Below are positions 28,331-40,700 of a stretch of DNA of 64,000 bases, piece by piece; position 1 is the stretch's first letter, and every line of letters starts with the position of its first letter. The stretch is taken from positions 370,264,001 to 370,328,000 of the forward strand of contig OZ024743.1 in NCBI GenBank assembly GCA_964016885.1, written 5' to 3'. Below the pieces are notes generated by a model that worked only from the letters and a program-made list of their open reading frames with translations, did not search any database and was not told the DNA's origin. The translations under genes were made by a program, and so were the position numbers. This DNA comes from Eledone cirrhosa (Eukaryota).

Positions 28331-31300
28331 CTTCACCAAGCTATCGTTCTCTATCTTGTCTTTCCTCAAAACTTCCTTCTTCACCAAGCTATCGTTCTCT
28401 ATCTTGTCTTTCCTCAAAATTTTCTTCTTCACCAAGCTATCGTTCTGTATCTTGTCTTTCCTCAAAATTTCCTTCTTCACCAAGCTATAGTTCTCTATCT
28501 TGTCTTTCCTCAAAATTTCCTTCTTCACCAAGCTATCGTTCTCTATCTTGTCTTTCCTCAAAATTTCCTTCTTCACCAAACTATCGTTCTCTATCTTGTC
28601 ATTCTTCAAAATTTCCTTCTTCACCAAGCTATCGTTGTCTATCTTGTCTTTCCTCAAAACTTCCTTCTTGACCAAGCTATCGTTCTCTATCTTGTCTTTC
28701 CTCAAAACTTCCTTCTTCACCAAGCTATCGTTCTCTATCTTGTCTTTGCTCAAAACTTCCTTCTTCACCAAGCTATCGTTCTCTATCTTGTCTTTCCTCA
28801 AAATTTCCTTCTTCGCCAAGCTATCGTTCTCTATCTTGTCTTTCCTCAAAATTTCCTTCTTCACCAAGCTATCGTTCTCTATCTTGTCTTTCCTCAAAAT
28901 TTCCCTCTTGACCAAGCTATCGTTCTCTATCTTGTCATTCCTCAAAATTTCCTTCTTCACCAAGCTATCGTTCTCTATCTTGTCTTTCCTCAAAATTTCC
29001 TTCTTCACCAAGCTATCGTTCTCTATCTTGTCTTTCCTCAAAATTTCCTTCTTCACCAAGCTATCGTTCTCTATCTTGTCTTTCCTCAAAATTTCCTTCT
29101 TCACCAAGCTATCGTTCTCTATCTTGTCTTTCCTCAAAATTTCCTTCTTCACCAAGCTATCGTTCTCTATCTTGTCTTTCCTCAAAATTTCCTTCTTCAC
29201 CAAGCTATCGTTCTCTATCTTGTCTTTCCTCAAAACTTCCTTCTTCACCAAGCTATCGTTCTCTATCTTGTCATTCCTCAAAATTTCCTTCTTCACCAAG
29301 CTATCGTTCTCTATCTTGTCTTTCCTCAAAATTTCCTTCTTCACCAAGCTATCGTTCTCTATCTTGTCTTTCCTCAAAATTTCCTTCTTCACCAAGCTAT
29401 CGTTCTCTATCTTGTCTTTCCTCAAAATTTCATTTCTTTACCAAGCTATCGTTCTCTATCTTGTCTTTCCTCAAAATTTCCTTCTTCACCAAGCTATCGT
29501 TCTCTATCTTGTCTTTCCTCAAAATTTCCTTCTTCACCAAGCTATCGTTCTCTATCTTGTCTTTCCTCAAAATTTCCTTCTTCACCAAGCTATCGTTCTC
29601 TATCTTGTCTTTCCTCAAAATTTCCTTCTTCACCAAGCTATCGTTCTCTATCTTGTCTTTCCTCAAAATTTCCTTCTTCACCAAGCTATCGTTCTCTATC
29701 TTGTCTTTCCTCAACATTTCCTTCTTCACCAAGCTATCGTTCTCTATCTTGTCTTTCCTCAAAATTTCCTTCTTCACCAAGCTATCGTCCTCTATCTTGA
29801 CTTTCCTCAAAATTTCCTTCTTCACCAAGTTATCGTTCTCTATCTTGTCTTTCCTCAAAATTTCCTTCTTCACCAAGCTATCGTTCTCTATCTTGTCTTT
29901 CCTCAAAACTTTCTTCTTCACCAAGCTATCGTTCTCTATCTTGTCTTTCCTCAAAATTTCCTTCTTCACTAAGCTATCGTTCTCTATCTTGTCTTTCCTC
30001 AAAACTTCCTTCTTCACCAAGCTATCGTTCTCTATCTTGTCTTTCCTCAAAATTTCCTTCTTCACCAAGCTATCGTTCTCTATCTTGTCTTTCCTCAAAA
30101 TTTACTTCTTCACCAAGCTATCGTTCTCTATCTTGTCTTTGCTCAAAATTTCCTTCTTCACCAAGCTATCGTTCTCTATCTTGTCTTTCCTCAAAATTTT
30201 CTTCTTCACCAAGCTATCGTTCTGTATCTTGTCTTTCCTCAAAATTTCCTTCTTCACCAAGCTATCGTTCTCTATCTTGTCTTTCCTCAAAATGTCCTTC
30301 TTCACCAAGCTATAGTTCTCTATCTTGTCTTTCCTCAAAATTTCCTTCTTCACCAAGCTATCGTTCTCTATCTTGTCTTTCCTCAAAATTTCCTTCTTCA
30401 CCAAACTATCGTTCTCTATCTTGTCATTCTTCAAAATTTCCTTCTTCACCAAGCTATCGTTCTCTATCTTGTCTTTCCTCAAAATTTTCTTCTTCACCAA
30501 GCTATCGTTCTCTATCTTGTCTTTCCTTAAAATTTCCTTCTTCACCAAGCTATCGTTCTCTATCTTGTCTTTCCTCAAAATTTCCTTCTTCACCAAGCTA
30601 TCGTTCTCTATCTTGTCTTTCCTCAAAATTTCCTTCTTCACCAAGCTATCGTTCTCTATCTTGTCTTTCCTCAAAATTTCCTTCTTCACCTAGCTATCGT
30701 TCTCTATCTTGTCTTTCCTCAAAATTTCCTTCTTCACCAAGCTATCGTTCTCTATCTTGTCTTTCCTCAAAATTTCCTTCTTCACCAAGCTATCGTTCTC
30801 TATCTTGTCTTTCCTCAAAATTTCCTTCTTCACCAAGCTATCGTTCTCTATCTTGTCTTTCCTCAAAATTTCCTTCTTCACCAAGCTATCGTTCTCTATC
30901 TTGTCTTTCCTCAAAATTTCCTTCTTCACCAAGTTATCGTTCTCTATCTTGTCTTTCCTCAAAATTTCCTTCTTCACCAAGCTATCGTTCTCTATCTTGT
31001 CTTTCCTCAAAACGTACTTCTTCATCAAGCTATCGTTCTCTATCTTGTCTTTCCTCAAAATTTCCTTCTTCACCAAGCTATCGTTCTCTATCTTGTCTTT
31101 CCTCAAAACTTCCTTCTTCACCAAGCTATCGTTCTCTATCTTGTCTTTCCTCAAAATTTCCTTCTTCACCAAGCTATCGTTCTCTATCTTGTCTTTCCTC
31201 AAAATTTCCTTCTTCACCAAGCTATCGTTCTCTATCTTGTCTTTCCTCAAAATTTCCTTCTTCACCAAGCTATCGTTCTCTATCTTGTCTTTCCTCAAAA

Positions 31301-34300
31301 TTTCCTTCTTCACCAAGCTATCGTTCTCTATCTTGTCTTTCCTCAAAACTTCCTTCTTCACCAAGCTATCGTTCTCTATCTTGTCATTCCTCAAAATTTC
31401 CTTCTTCACCAAGCTATCGTTCTCTATCTTGTCTTTCCTCAAAATTTCCTTCTTCACCAAGCTATCGTTCTCTATCTTGTCTTTCCTCAAAATTTCCTTC
31501 TTCACCAAGCTATCGTTCTCTATCTTGTCTTTCCTCAAAATTTCATTTCTTTACCAAGCTATCGTTCTCTATCTTGTCTTTCCTCAAAATTTCCTTCTTC
31601 ACCAAGCTATCGTTCTCTATCTTGTCTTTCCTCAAAATTCCCTTCTTCACCAAGCTATCGTTCTCTATCTTGTCTTTCCTCAAAATTTCCTTCTTCACCA
31701 AGCTATCGTTCTCTATCTTGTCTTTCCTCAAAATTTCCTTCTTCACCAAGCTATCGTTCTCTATCTTGTCTTTCCTCAAAATTTCCTTCTTCACCAAGCT
31801 ATCGTTCTCTATCTTGTCTTTCCTCAACATTTCCTTCTTCACCAAGCTATCGTTCTCTATCTTGTCTTTCCTCAAAATTTCCTTCTTCACCAAGCTATCG
31901 TCCTCTATCTTGTCTTTCCTCAAAATTTCCTTCTTCACCAAGTTATCGTTCTCTATCTTGTCTTTCCTCAAAATTTCCTTCTTCACCAAGCTATCGTTCT
32001 CTATCTTGTCTTTCCTCAAAACTTTCTTCTTCACCAAGCTATCGTTCTCTATCTTGTCTTTCCTCAAAATTTCCTTCTTCACCAAGCTATCGTTCTCTAT
32101 CTTGTCTTTCCTCAAAACTTCCTTCTTCACCAAGCTATCGTTCTCTATCTTGTCTTTCCTCAAAATTTCCTTCTTCACCAAGCTATCGTTCTCTATCTTG
32201 TCTTTCCTCAAAATTTCCTTCTTCACCAAGCTATCGTTCTCTATCTTGTCTTTCCTCAAAATTTCCTTCTTCACCAAGCTATCGTTCTCTATCTTGTCTT
32301 TCCTCAAAATTTCCTTCTTCACCTAGCTATCGTTCTCTATCTTGTCTTTCCTCAAAATTTCCTTCTTCACCAAGCTATCGTTCTCTATCTTGTCTTTCCT
32401 CAAAATTTCCTTCTTCACCAAGCTATCGTTCTCTATCTTGTCTTTCCTCAAAATTTCCTTCTTCACCAAGCTATCGTTCTCTATCTTGTCTTTCCTCAAA
32501 ATTTCCTTCTTCACCAAGCTATCGTTCTCTATCTTGTCTTTCCTCAAAATTTCCTTCTTCACCAAGTTATCGTTCTCTATCTTGTCTTTCCTCAAAATTT
32601 CCTTCTTCACCAAGCTATCGTTCTCTATCTTGTCTTTCCTCAAAACGTACTTCTTCATCAAGCTATCGTTCTCTATCTTGTCTTTCCTCAAAATTTCCTT
32701 CTTCACCAAGCTATCGTTCTCTATCTTGTCTTTCCTCAAAACTTCCTTCTTCACCAAGCTATCGTTCTCTATCTTGTCTTTCCTCAAAATTTCCTTCTTC
32801 ACCAAGCTATCGTTCTCTATCTTGTCTTTCCTCAAAATTTCCCTCTTCACCAAACTATCGTTCTCTATCTTGTCTTTCCTCAAAATTTCCTTCTTCACCA
32901 AAGTATCGTTCTCTATCTTGTCTTTCCTCAAAATTTCCTCCTTCACCAAGCTATCGTTCTCTATGTTGTCTTTCCTCAAGATTTCCTTCTTCACCAAGCT
33001 ATCGTTCTCTATCTTGTCTTTCCTCAAAACTTCCTTCTTCACCAAGCTATCGTTCTCTATCTTGTCTTTCCTCAAAACTTCCTTCTTCAGCAAGCTATCG
33101 TTCTCTATCTTGTCTTTCCTCAAAACTTCCTTCTTCACCAAGCTATCATTCTCTATCTTATCTTTCCTCAAAATTTCCTTCTTCACCAAGCTATCGTTCT
33201 CTATCTTGTCTTTCTTCAAAACTTCCTTCTTCACCAAGCTATCGTTCTCTATCTTGTCTTTCCTCAAAATTTCCTTCTTCACCAAGCTATCGTTCTCTAT
33301 CTTGTCTTTCCTCAAAATTTCCTTCTTCACCAAGCTATCGTTCTCTATCTTGTCTTTCCTCAAAATTTCCTTCTTCACCAAGCTATCGTTCTCTATCTTG
33401 TCTTTCCTCAAAATTTCCTTCTCCACCAAGCTATCGTTCTCTATCTTGTCTTTCCTCAAAATTTCCTTCTTCACCAAGCTATCGTTCTCTATCTTGTCTT
33501 TCCTCAAAATTTCCTTCTTCACCAAGCTATCGTTCTCTATCTTGCTTTTCCTCAAAATTTCCTTCTGCACCAAGCTATCGTTCTCTATCTTGTCTTTCCT
33601 CAAAATTTCTTTCTTCACCAAGCTATCGTTCTCTATCTTGTCTTTCCTCAAAACTTCATTCTTCACCAGCTATCGTTCTCTATCTTGTCTTTCCTCAAAA
33701 TTTCCTTCTTCACCAAGCTATCGTTCTCTATCTTGTCTTTCCTCAAAATTTCCTTCTTCACCAAGCTATCGTTCTCTATCTTGTCTTTCCTCAAAATTTC
33801 CTTCTTCACCAAGCTATCGTTCTCTATCTTGTCTTTCCTCAAAATTTCCTGCTTCACCAAGCTATCGTTCTCTATCTTGTCTTTCCTCAAAATTTCCTTC
33901 TTCACCAAGCTATCGTTCTCTATCTTGTCTTTCCTCAAAATTTCCTTCTTCACCAAGCTATCGTTCTCTATCTTGTCTTTCCTCAAAATTTCCTTCTTCG
34001 CCAAGCTATCATTCTCTATCTTGTCTTTCCTCAAAATTTCCTTCTTCACCAAGCTATCGTTCTCTATCTTGTCTTTCCTCAGAACTTCCTTCTTCACCAA
34101 GCTATCGTTCTCTATCTTGTCTTTCCTCAAAACTTCCTTCTTCAGCAAGCTATCGTTCTCTATCTTGTCTTTCCTCAAAATTTCCTTCTTCACCAAGCTA
34201 TCGTTCTCTATCTTGTCTTTCCTCAAAATTTCCTTCTTCACCAAGCTATCGTTCTCTATCTTGTCTTTCCTCAAAATTTCCTGCTTCACCAAGCTATCGT

Positions 34301-34799
34301 TCTCTATCTTGTCTTTCCTCAAAATTTCCTTCTTCACCAAGCTATCGTTCTCTATCTTGTCTTTCCTCAAAATTTCCTTCTTCACCAAGCTATCGTTCTC
34401 TATCTTGTCTTTCCTCAAAATTTCCTTCTTCGCCAAGCTATCATTCTCTATCTTGTCTTTCCTCAAAATTTCCTTCTTCACCAAGCTATCGTTCTCTATC
34501 TTGTCTTTCCTCAGAACTTCCTTCTTCACCAAGCTATCGTTCTCTATCTTGTCTTTCCTCAAAACTTCCTTCTTCAGCAAGCTATCGTTCTCTATCTTGT
34601 CTTTCCTCAAAACTTCCTTCTTCACCAAGCTATCGTTCTCTATCTTGTCTTTCCTCAAAATTTCCTTCTTCACCAAGCTATCGTTCTCTATCTTGTCTTT
34701 CTTCAAAACTTCCTTCTTCACCAAGCTATCGTTCTCTATCTTGTCTTTCCTCAAAATTTCCTTCTTCACCAAGCTATCGTTCTCTATCGTGTCTTTCCT

Positions 34800-37700
34800 C
34801 AAAATTTCCTTCTTCACCAAGCTATCGTTCTCTATCTTGTCTTTCCTCAAAATTTCCTTCTTCACCAAGCTATCGTTCTCTATCTTGTCTTTCCTCAAAA
34901 TTTCCTTCTTCACCAAGCTATCTTTCTCTATCTTGTCTTTCCTCAAGATTTCCTTCTTCACCAAGCTACTGTTCTCTATCTTGTCTTTCCTCAAAATTTC
35001 CTTCTTCACCAAGCTATCGTTGTCTATCTTGTCTTTCCTCAAAACTTCCTTCTTGACCAAGCTATCGTTCTCTATCTTGTCTTTCCTCAAAACTTCCTTC
35101 TTCACCAAGCTATCGTTCTCTATCTTGTCTTTGCTCAAAACTTCCTTCTTCACCAAGCTATCGTTCTCTATCTTGTCTTTCCTCAAAATTTCCTTCTTCG
35201 CCAAGCTATCGTTCTCTATCTTGTCTTTCCTCAAAATTTCCTTCTTCACCAAGCTATCGTTCTCTATCTTGTCTTTCCTCAAAATTTCCCTCTTGACCAA
35301 GCTATCGTTCTCTATCTTGTCATTCCTCAAAATTTCCTTCTTCACCAAGCTATCGTTCTCTATCTTGTCTTTCCTCAAAATTTCCTTCTTCACCAAGCTA
35401 TCGTTCTCTATCTTGTCTTTCCTCAAAATTTCCTTCTTCACCAAGCTATCGTTCTCTATCGTGTCTTTCCTCAAAATTTCCTTCTTCACCAAGCTATCGT
35501 TCTCTATCTTGTCTTTCCTCAAAATTTCCTTCTTCACCAAGCTATCGTTCTCTATCTTGTCTTTCCTCAAAATTTCCTTCTTCACCAAGCTATCTTTCTC
35601 TACCTTGTCTTTCCTCAAGATTTCCTTCTTCACCAAGCTACTGTTCTCTATCTTGTCTTTCCTCAAAATTTCCTTCTTCACCAAGCTATCGTTGTCTATC
35701 TTGTCTTTCCTCAAAACTTCCTTCTTGACCAAGCTATCGTTCTCTATCTTGTCTTTCCTCAAAACTTCCTTCTTCACCAAGCTATCGTTCTCTATCTTGT
35801 CTTTACTCAAAATTTCCTTCTTCACGAAGCTATCGTTCTCTATCTTGTCTTTCCTCAAAATTTCCTTCTCCACCAAGCTATCGTTCTCTATCTTGTCTTT
35901 CCTCAAAATTTCCTTCTTCACCAAGCTATCGTTCTCTATCTTGTCTTTCCTCAAAATTTCCTTCTTCACCAAGCTATCGTTCTCTATCTTGCCTTTCCTC
36001 AAAATTTCCTTCTTCACCAAGCTATCGTTCTCTATCTTGTCTTTCCTCAAAATTTCCTTCTTCACCAAGCTATCGTTCTCTATCTTGTCTTTCCTCAAAA
36101 TTTCCTTCTTCACCAAGCTATCGTTCTCTATCTTGTCTTTCCTCAAAATTTCCTTCTTCACCAAGCTATCGTTCTCTATCTTGTCTTTCCTCAAAATTTC
36201 CTTCTTCACCAAGCTATCGTTCTCTATCTTGTCTTTCCTCAAAATTTCCTTCTTCACCAAGCTATCGTTCTCTATCTTGTCTTTCCTCAAAACTTCCTTC
36301 TTCACCAAGCTATCGTTCTCTATCTTGTCATTCCTCAAAATTTCCTTCTTCACCAAGCTATCGTTCCCTATCTTGTCTTTCCTCAAAATTTCCTTCTTCA
36401 CCAAGCTATCGTTCTCTATCTTGTCTTTCCTCAAAATTTCCTTCTTCACCAAGCTATCGTTCTCTATCTTGTCTTTCCTCAAAATTTCATTTCTTTACCA
36501 AGCTATCGTTCTCTATCTTGTCTTTCCTCAAAATTTCCTTCTTCACCAAGCTATCGTTCTCTATCTTGTCTTTCCTCAAAATTTCCTTCTTCACCAAGCT
36601 ATCGTTCTCTATCTTGTCTTTCCTCAAAATTTCCTTCTTCACCAAGCTATCGTTCTCTATCTTGTCTTTCCTCAAAATTTCCTTCTTCACCAAGCTATCG
36701 TTCTCTATCTTGTCTTTCCTCAAAATTTCCTTCTTCACCAAGCTATCGTTCTCTATCTTGTCTTTCCTCAACATTTCCTTCTTCACCAAGCTATCGTTCT
36801 CTATCTTGTCTTTCCTCAAAATTTCCTTCTTCACCAAGCTATCGTCCTCTATCTTGTCTTTCCTCAAAATTTCCTTCTTCACCAAGTTATCGTTCTCTAT
36901 CTTGTCTTTCCTCAAAATTTCCTTCTTCACCAAGCTATCGTCCTCTATCTTGTCTTTCCTCAAAATTTCCTTCTTCACCAAGTTATCGTTCTCTATCTTG
37001 TCTTTCCTCAAAATTTCCTTCTTCACCAAGCTATCGTTCTCTATCTTGTCTTTCCTCAAAATTTCCTTCTTCACCAAGCTATCGTTCTCTATCTTGTCTT
37101 TCCTCAAAATTTCCCTCTTGACCAAGCTATCGTTCTCTATCTTGTCTTTCCTCAAAATTTCCTTCTTCACCAAGCTATCGTTCTCTATCTTGTCTTTCCT
37201 CAAAATTTCCTTCTTCACCTAGCTATCGTTCTCTATCTTGTCTTTCCTCAAAATTTCCTTCTTCACCAAGCTATCGTTCTCTATCTTGTCTTTCCTCAAA
37301 ATTTCCTTCTTCACCAAGCTATCGTTCTCTATCTTGTCTTTCCTCAAAATTTCCTTCTTCACCAAGCTATCGTTCTCTATCTTGTCTTTCCTCAAAATTT
37401 CCTTCTTCACCAAGCTATCGTTCTCTATCTTGTCTTTCCTCAAAATTTCCTTCTTCACCAAGTTATCGTTCTCTATCTTGTCTTTCCTCAAAATTTCCTT
37501 CTTCACCAAGCTATCGTTCTCTATCTTGTCTTTCCTCAAAACGTACTTCTTCATCAAGCTATCGTTCTCTATCTTGTCTTTCCTCAAAATTTCCTTCTTC
37601 ACCAAGCTATCGTTCTCTATCTTGTCTTTCCTCAAAACTTCCTTCTTCACCAAGCTATCGTTCTCTATCTTGTCTTTCCTCAAAATTTCCTTCTTCACCA

Positions 37701-40700
37701 AGCTATCGTTCTCTATCTTGTCTTTCCTCAAAATTTCCCTCTTCACCAAACTATCGTTCTCTATCTTGTCTTTCCTCAAAATTTCCTTCTTCACCAAGCT
37801 ATCGTTCTCTATCTTGTCTTTCCTCAAAATTTCCTCCTTCACCAAGCTATCGTTCTCTATGTTGTCTTTCCTCAAGATTTCCTTCTTCACCAAGCTATCG
37901 TTCTCTATCTTGTCTTTCCTCAAAACTTCCTTCTTCACCAAGCTATCGTTCTCTATCTTGTCTTTCCTCAAAACTTCCTTCTTCAGCAAGCTATCGTTCT
38001 CTATCTTGTCTTTCCTCAAAACTTCCTTCTTCACCAAGCTATCGTTCTCTATCTTATCTTTCCTCAAAATTTCCTTCTTCACCAAGCTATCGTTCTCTAT
38101 CTTGTCTTTCTTCAAAACTTCCTTCTTCACCAAGCTATCGTTCTCTATCTTGTCTTTCCTCAAAATTTCCTTCTTCACCAAGCTATCGTTCTCTATCTTG
38201 TCTTTCCTCAAAATTTCCTTCTTCACCAAGCTATCGTTCTCTATCTTGTCTTTCCTCAAAATTTCCTTCTTCACCAAGCTATCGTTCTCTATCTTGCCTT
38301 TCCTCAAAATTTCCTTCTGCACCAAGCTATCGTTCTCTATCTTGTCTTTCCTCAAAATTTCTTTCTTCACCAAGCTATCGTTCTCTATCTTGTCTTTCCT
38401 CAAAACTTCCTTCTTCACCAAGCTATCGTTCTCTATCTTGTCTTTCCTCAAAATTTCCTTCTTCACCAAGCTATCGTTCTCTATCTTGTCTTTCCTCAAA
38501 ATTTCCTTCTTCACCAAGCTATCGTTCTCTATCTTGTCTTTCCTCAAAATTTCCTTCTTCACCAAGCTATCGTTCTCTATCTTGTCTTTCCTCAAAATTT
38601 CCTTCTTCACCAAGCTATCGTTCTCTATCTTGTCTTTCCTCAAAATTTCCTTCTTCACCAAGCTATCGTTCTCTATCTTGTCTTTCCTCAAAATTTCCTT
38701 CTTCACCAAGCTATCGTTCTCTATCTTGTCTTTCCTCAAAATTTCCTTCTTCGCCAAGCTATCATTCTCTATCTTGTCTTTCCTCAAAATTTCCTTCTTC
38801 ACCAAGCTATCGTTCTCTATCTTGTCTTTCCTCAGAACTTCCTTCTTCACCAAGCTATCGTTCTCTATCTTGTCTTTCCTCAAAACTTCCTTCTTCAGCA
38901 AGCTATCGTTCTCTATCTTGTCTTTCCTCAAAACTTCCTTCTTCACCAAGCTATCGTTCTCTATCTTGTCTTTCCTCAAAATTTCCTTCTTCACCAAGCT
39001 ATCGTTCTCTATCTTGTCTTTCTTCAAAACTTCCTTCTTCACCAAGCTATCGTTCTCTATCTTGTCTTTCCTCAAAATTTCCTTCTTCACCAAGCTATCG
39101 TTCTCTATCGTGTCTTTCCTCAAAATTTCCTTCTTCACCAAGCTATCGTTCTCTATCTTGTCTTTCCTCAAAATTTCCTTCTGCACCAAGCTATCGTTCT
39201 CTATCTTGTCTTTCCTCAAAATTTCTTTCTTCACCAAGCTATCGTTCTCTATCTTGTCTTTCCTCAAAACTTCCTTCTTCACCAAGCTATCGTTCTCTAT
39301 CTTGTCTTTCCTCAAAATTTCCTTCTTCACCAAGCTATCGTTCTCTATCTTGTCTTTCCTCAAAATTTCCTTCTTCACCAAGCTATCGTTCTCTATCTTG
39401 TCTTTCCTCAAAATTTCCTTCTTCACCAAGCTATCGTTCTCTATCTTGTCTTTCCTCAAAATTTCCTTCTTCACCAAGCTATCGTTCTCTATCTTGTCTT
39501 TCCTCAAAATTTCCTTCTTCACCAAGCTATCGTTCTCTATCTTGTCTTTCCTCAAAATTTCCTTCTTCACCAAGCTATCGTTCTCTATCTTGTCTTTCCT
39601 CAAAATTTCCTTCTTCGCCAAGCTATCATTCTCTATCTTGTCTTTCCTCAAAATTTCCTTCTTCACCAAGCTATCGTTCTCTATCTTGTCTTTCCTCAGA
39701 ACTTCCTTCTTCACCAAGCTATCGTTCTCTATCTTGTCTTTCCTCAAAACTTCCTTCTTCAGCAAGCTATCGTTCTCTATCTTGTCTTTCCTCAAAACTT
39801 CCTTCTTCACCAAGCTATCGTTCTCTATCTTGTCTTTCCTCAAAATTTCCTTCTTCACCAAGCTATCGTTCTCTATCTTGTCTTTCTTCAAAACTTCCTT
39901 CTTCACCAAGCTATCGTTCTCTATCTTGTCTTTCCTCAAAATTTCCTTCTTCACCAAGCTATCGTTCTCTATCGTGTCTTTCCTCAAAATTTCCTTCTTC
40001 ACCAAGCTATCGTTCTCTATCTTGTCTTTCCTCAAAATTTCCTTCTTCACCAAGCTATCGTTCTCTATCTTGTCTTTCCTCAAAATTTCCTTCTTCACCA
40101 AGCTATCGTTCTCTATCTTGTCTTTCCTCAAAATTTCCTTCTTCACCAAGCTATCTTTCTCTATCTTGTCTTTCCTCAAGATTTCCTTCTTCACCAAGCT
40201 ACTGTTCTCTATCTTGTCTTTCCTCAAAATTTCCTTCTTCACCAAGCTATCGTTGTCTATCTTGTCTTTCCTCAAAACTTCCTTCTTGACCAAGCTATCG
40301 TTCTCTATCTTGTCTTTCCTCAAAACTTCCTTCTTCACCAAGCTATCGTTCTCTATCTTGTCTTTGCTCAAAACTTCCTTCTTCACCAAGCTATCGTTCT
40401 CTATCTTGTCTTTCCTCAAAATTTCCTTCTTCGCCAAGCTATCGTTCTCTATCTTGTCTTTCCTCAAAATTTCCTTCTTCACCAAGCTATCGTTCTCTAT
40501 CTTGTCTTTCCTCAAAATTTCCCTCTTGACCAAGCTATCGTTCTCTATCTTGTCATTCCTCAAAATTTCCTTCTTCACCAAGCTATCGTTCTCTATCTTG
40601 TCTTTCCTCAAAATTTCCTTCTTCACCAAGCTATCGTTCTCTATCTTGTCTTTCCTCAAAATTTCCTTCTTCACCAAGCTATCGTTCTCTATCGTGTCTT

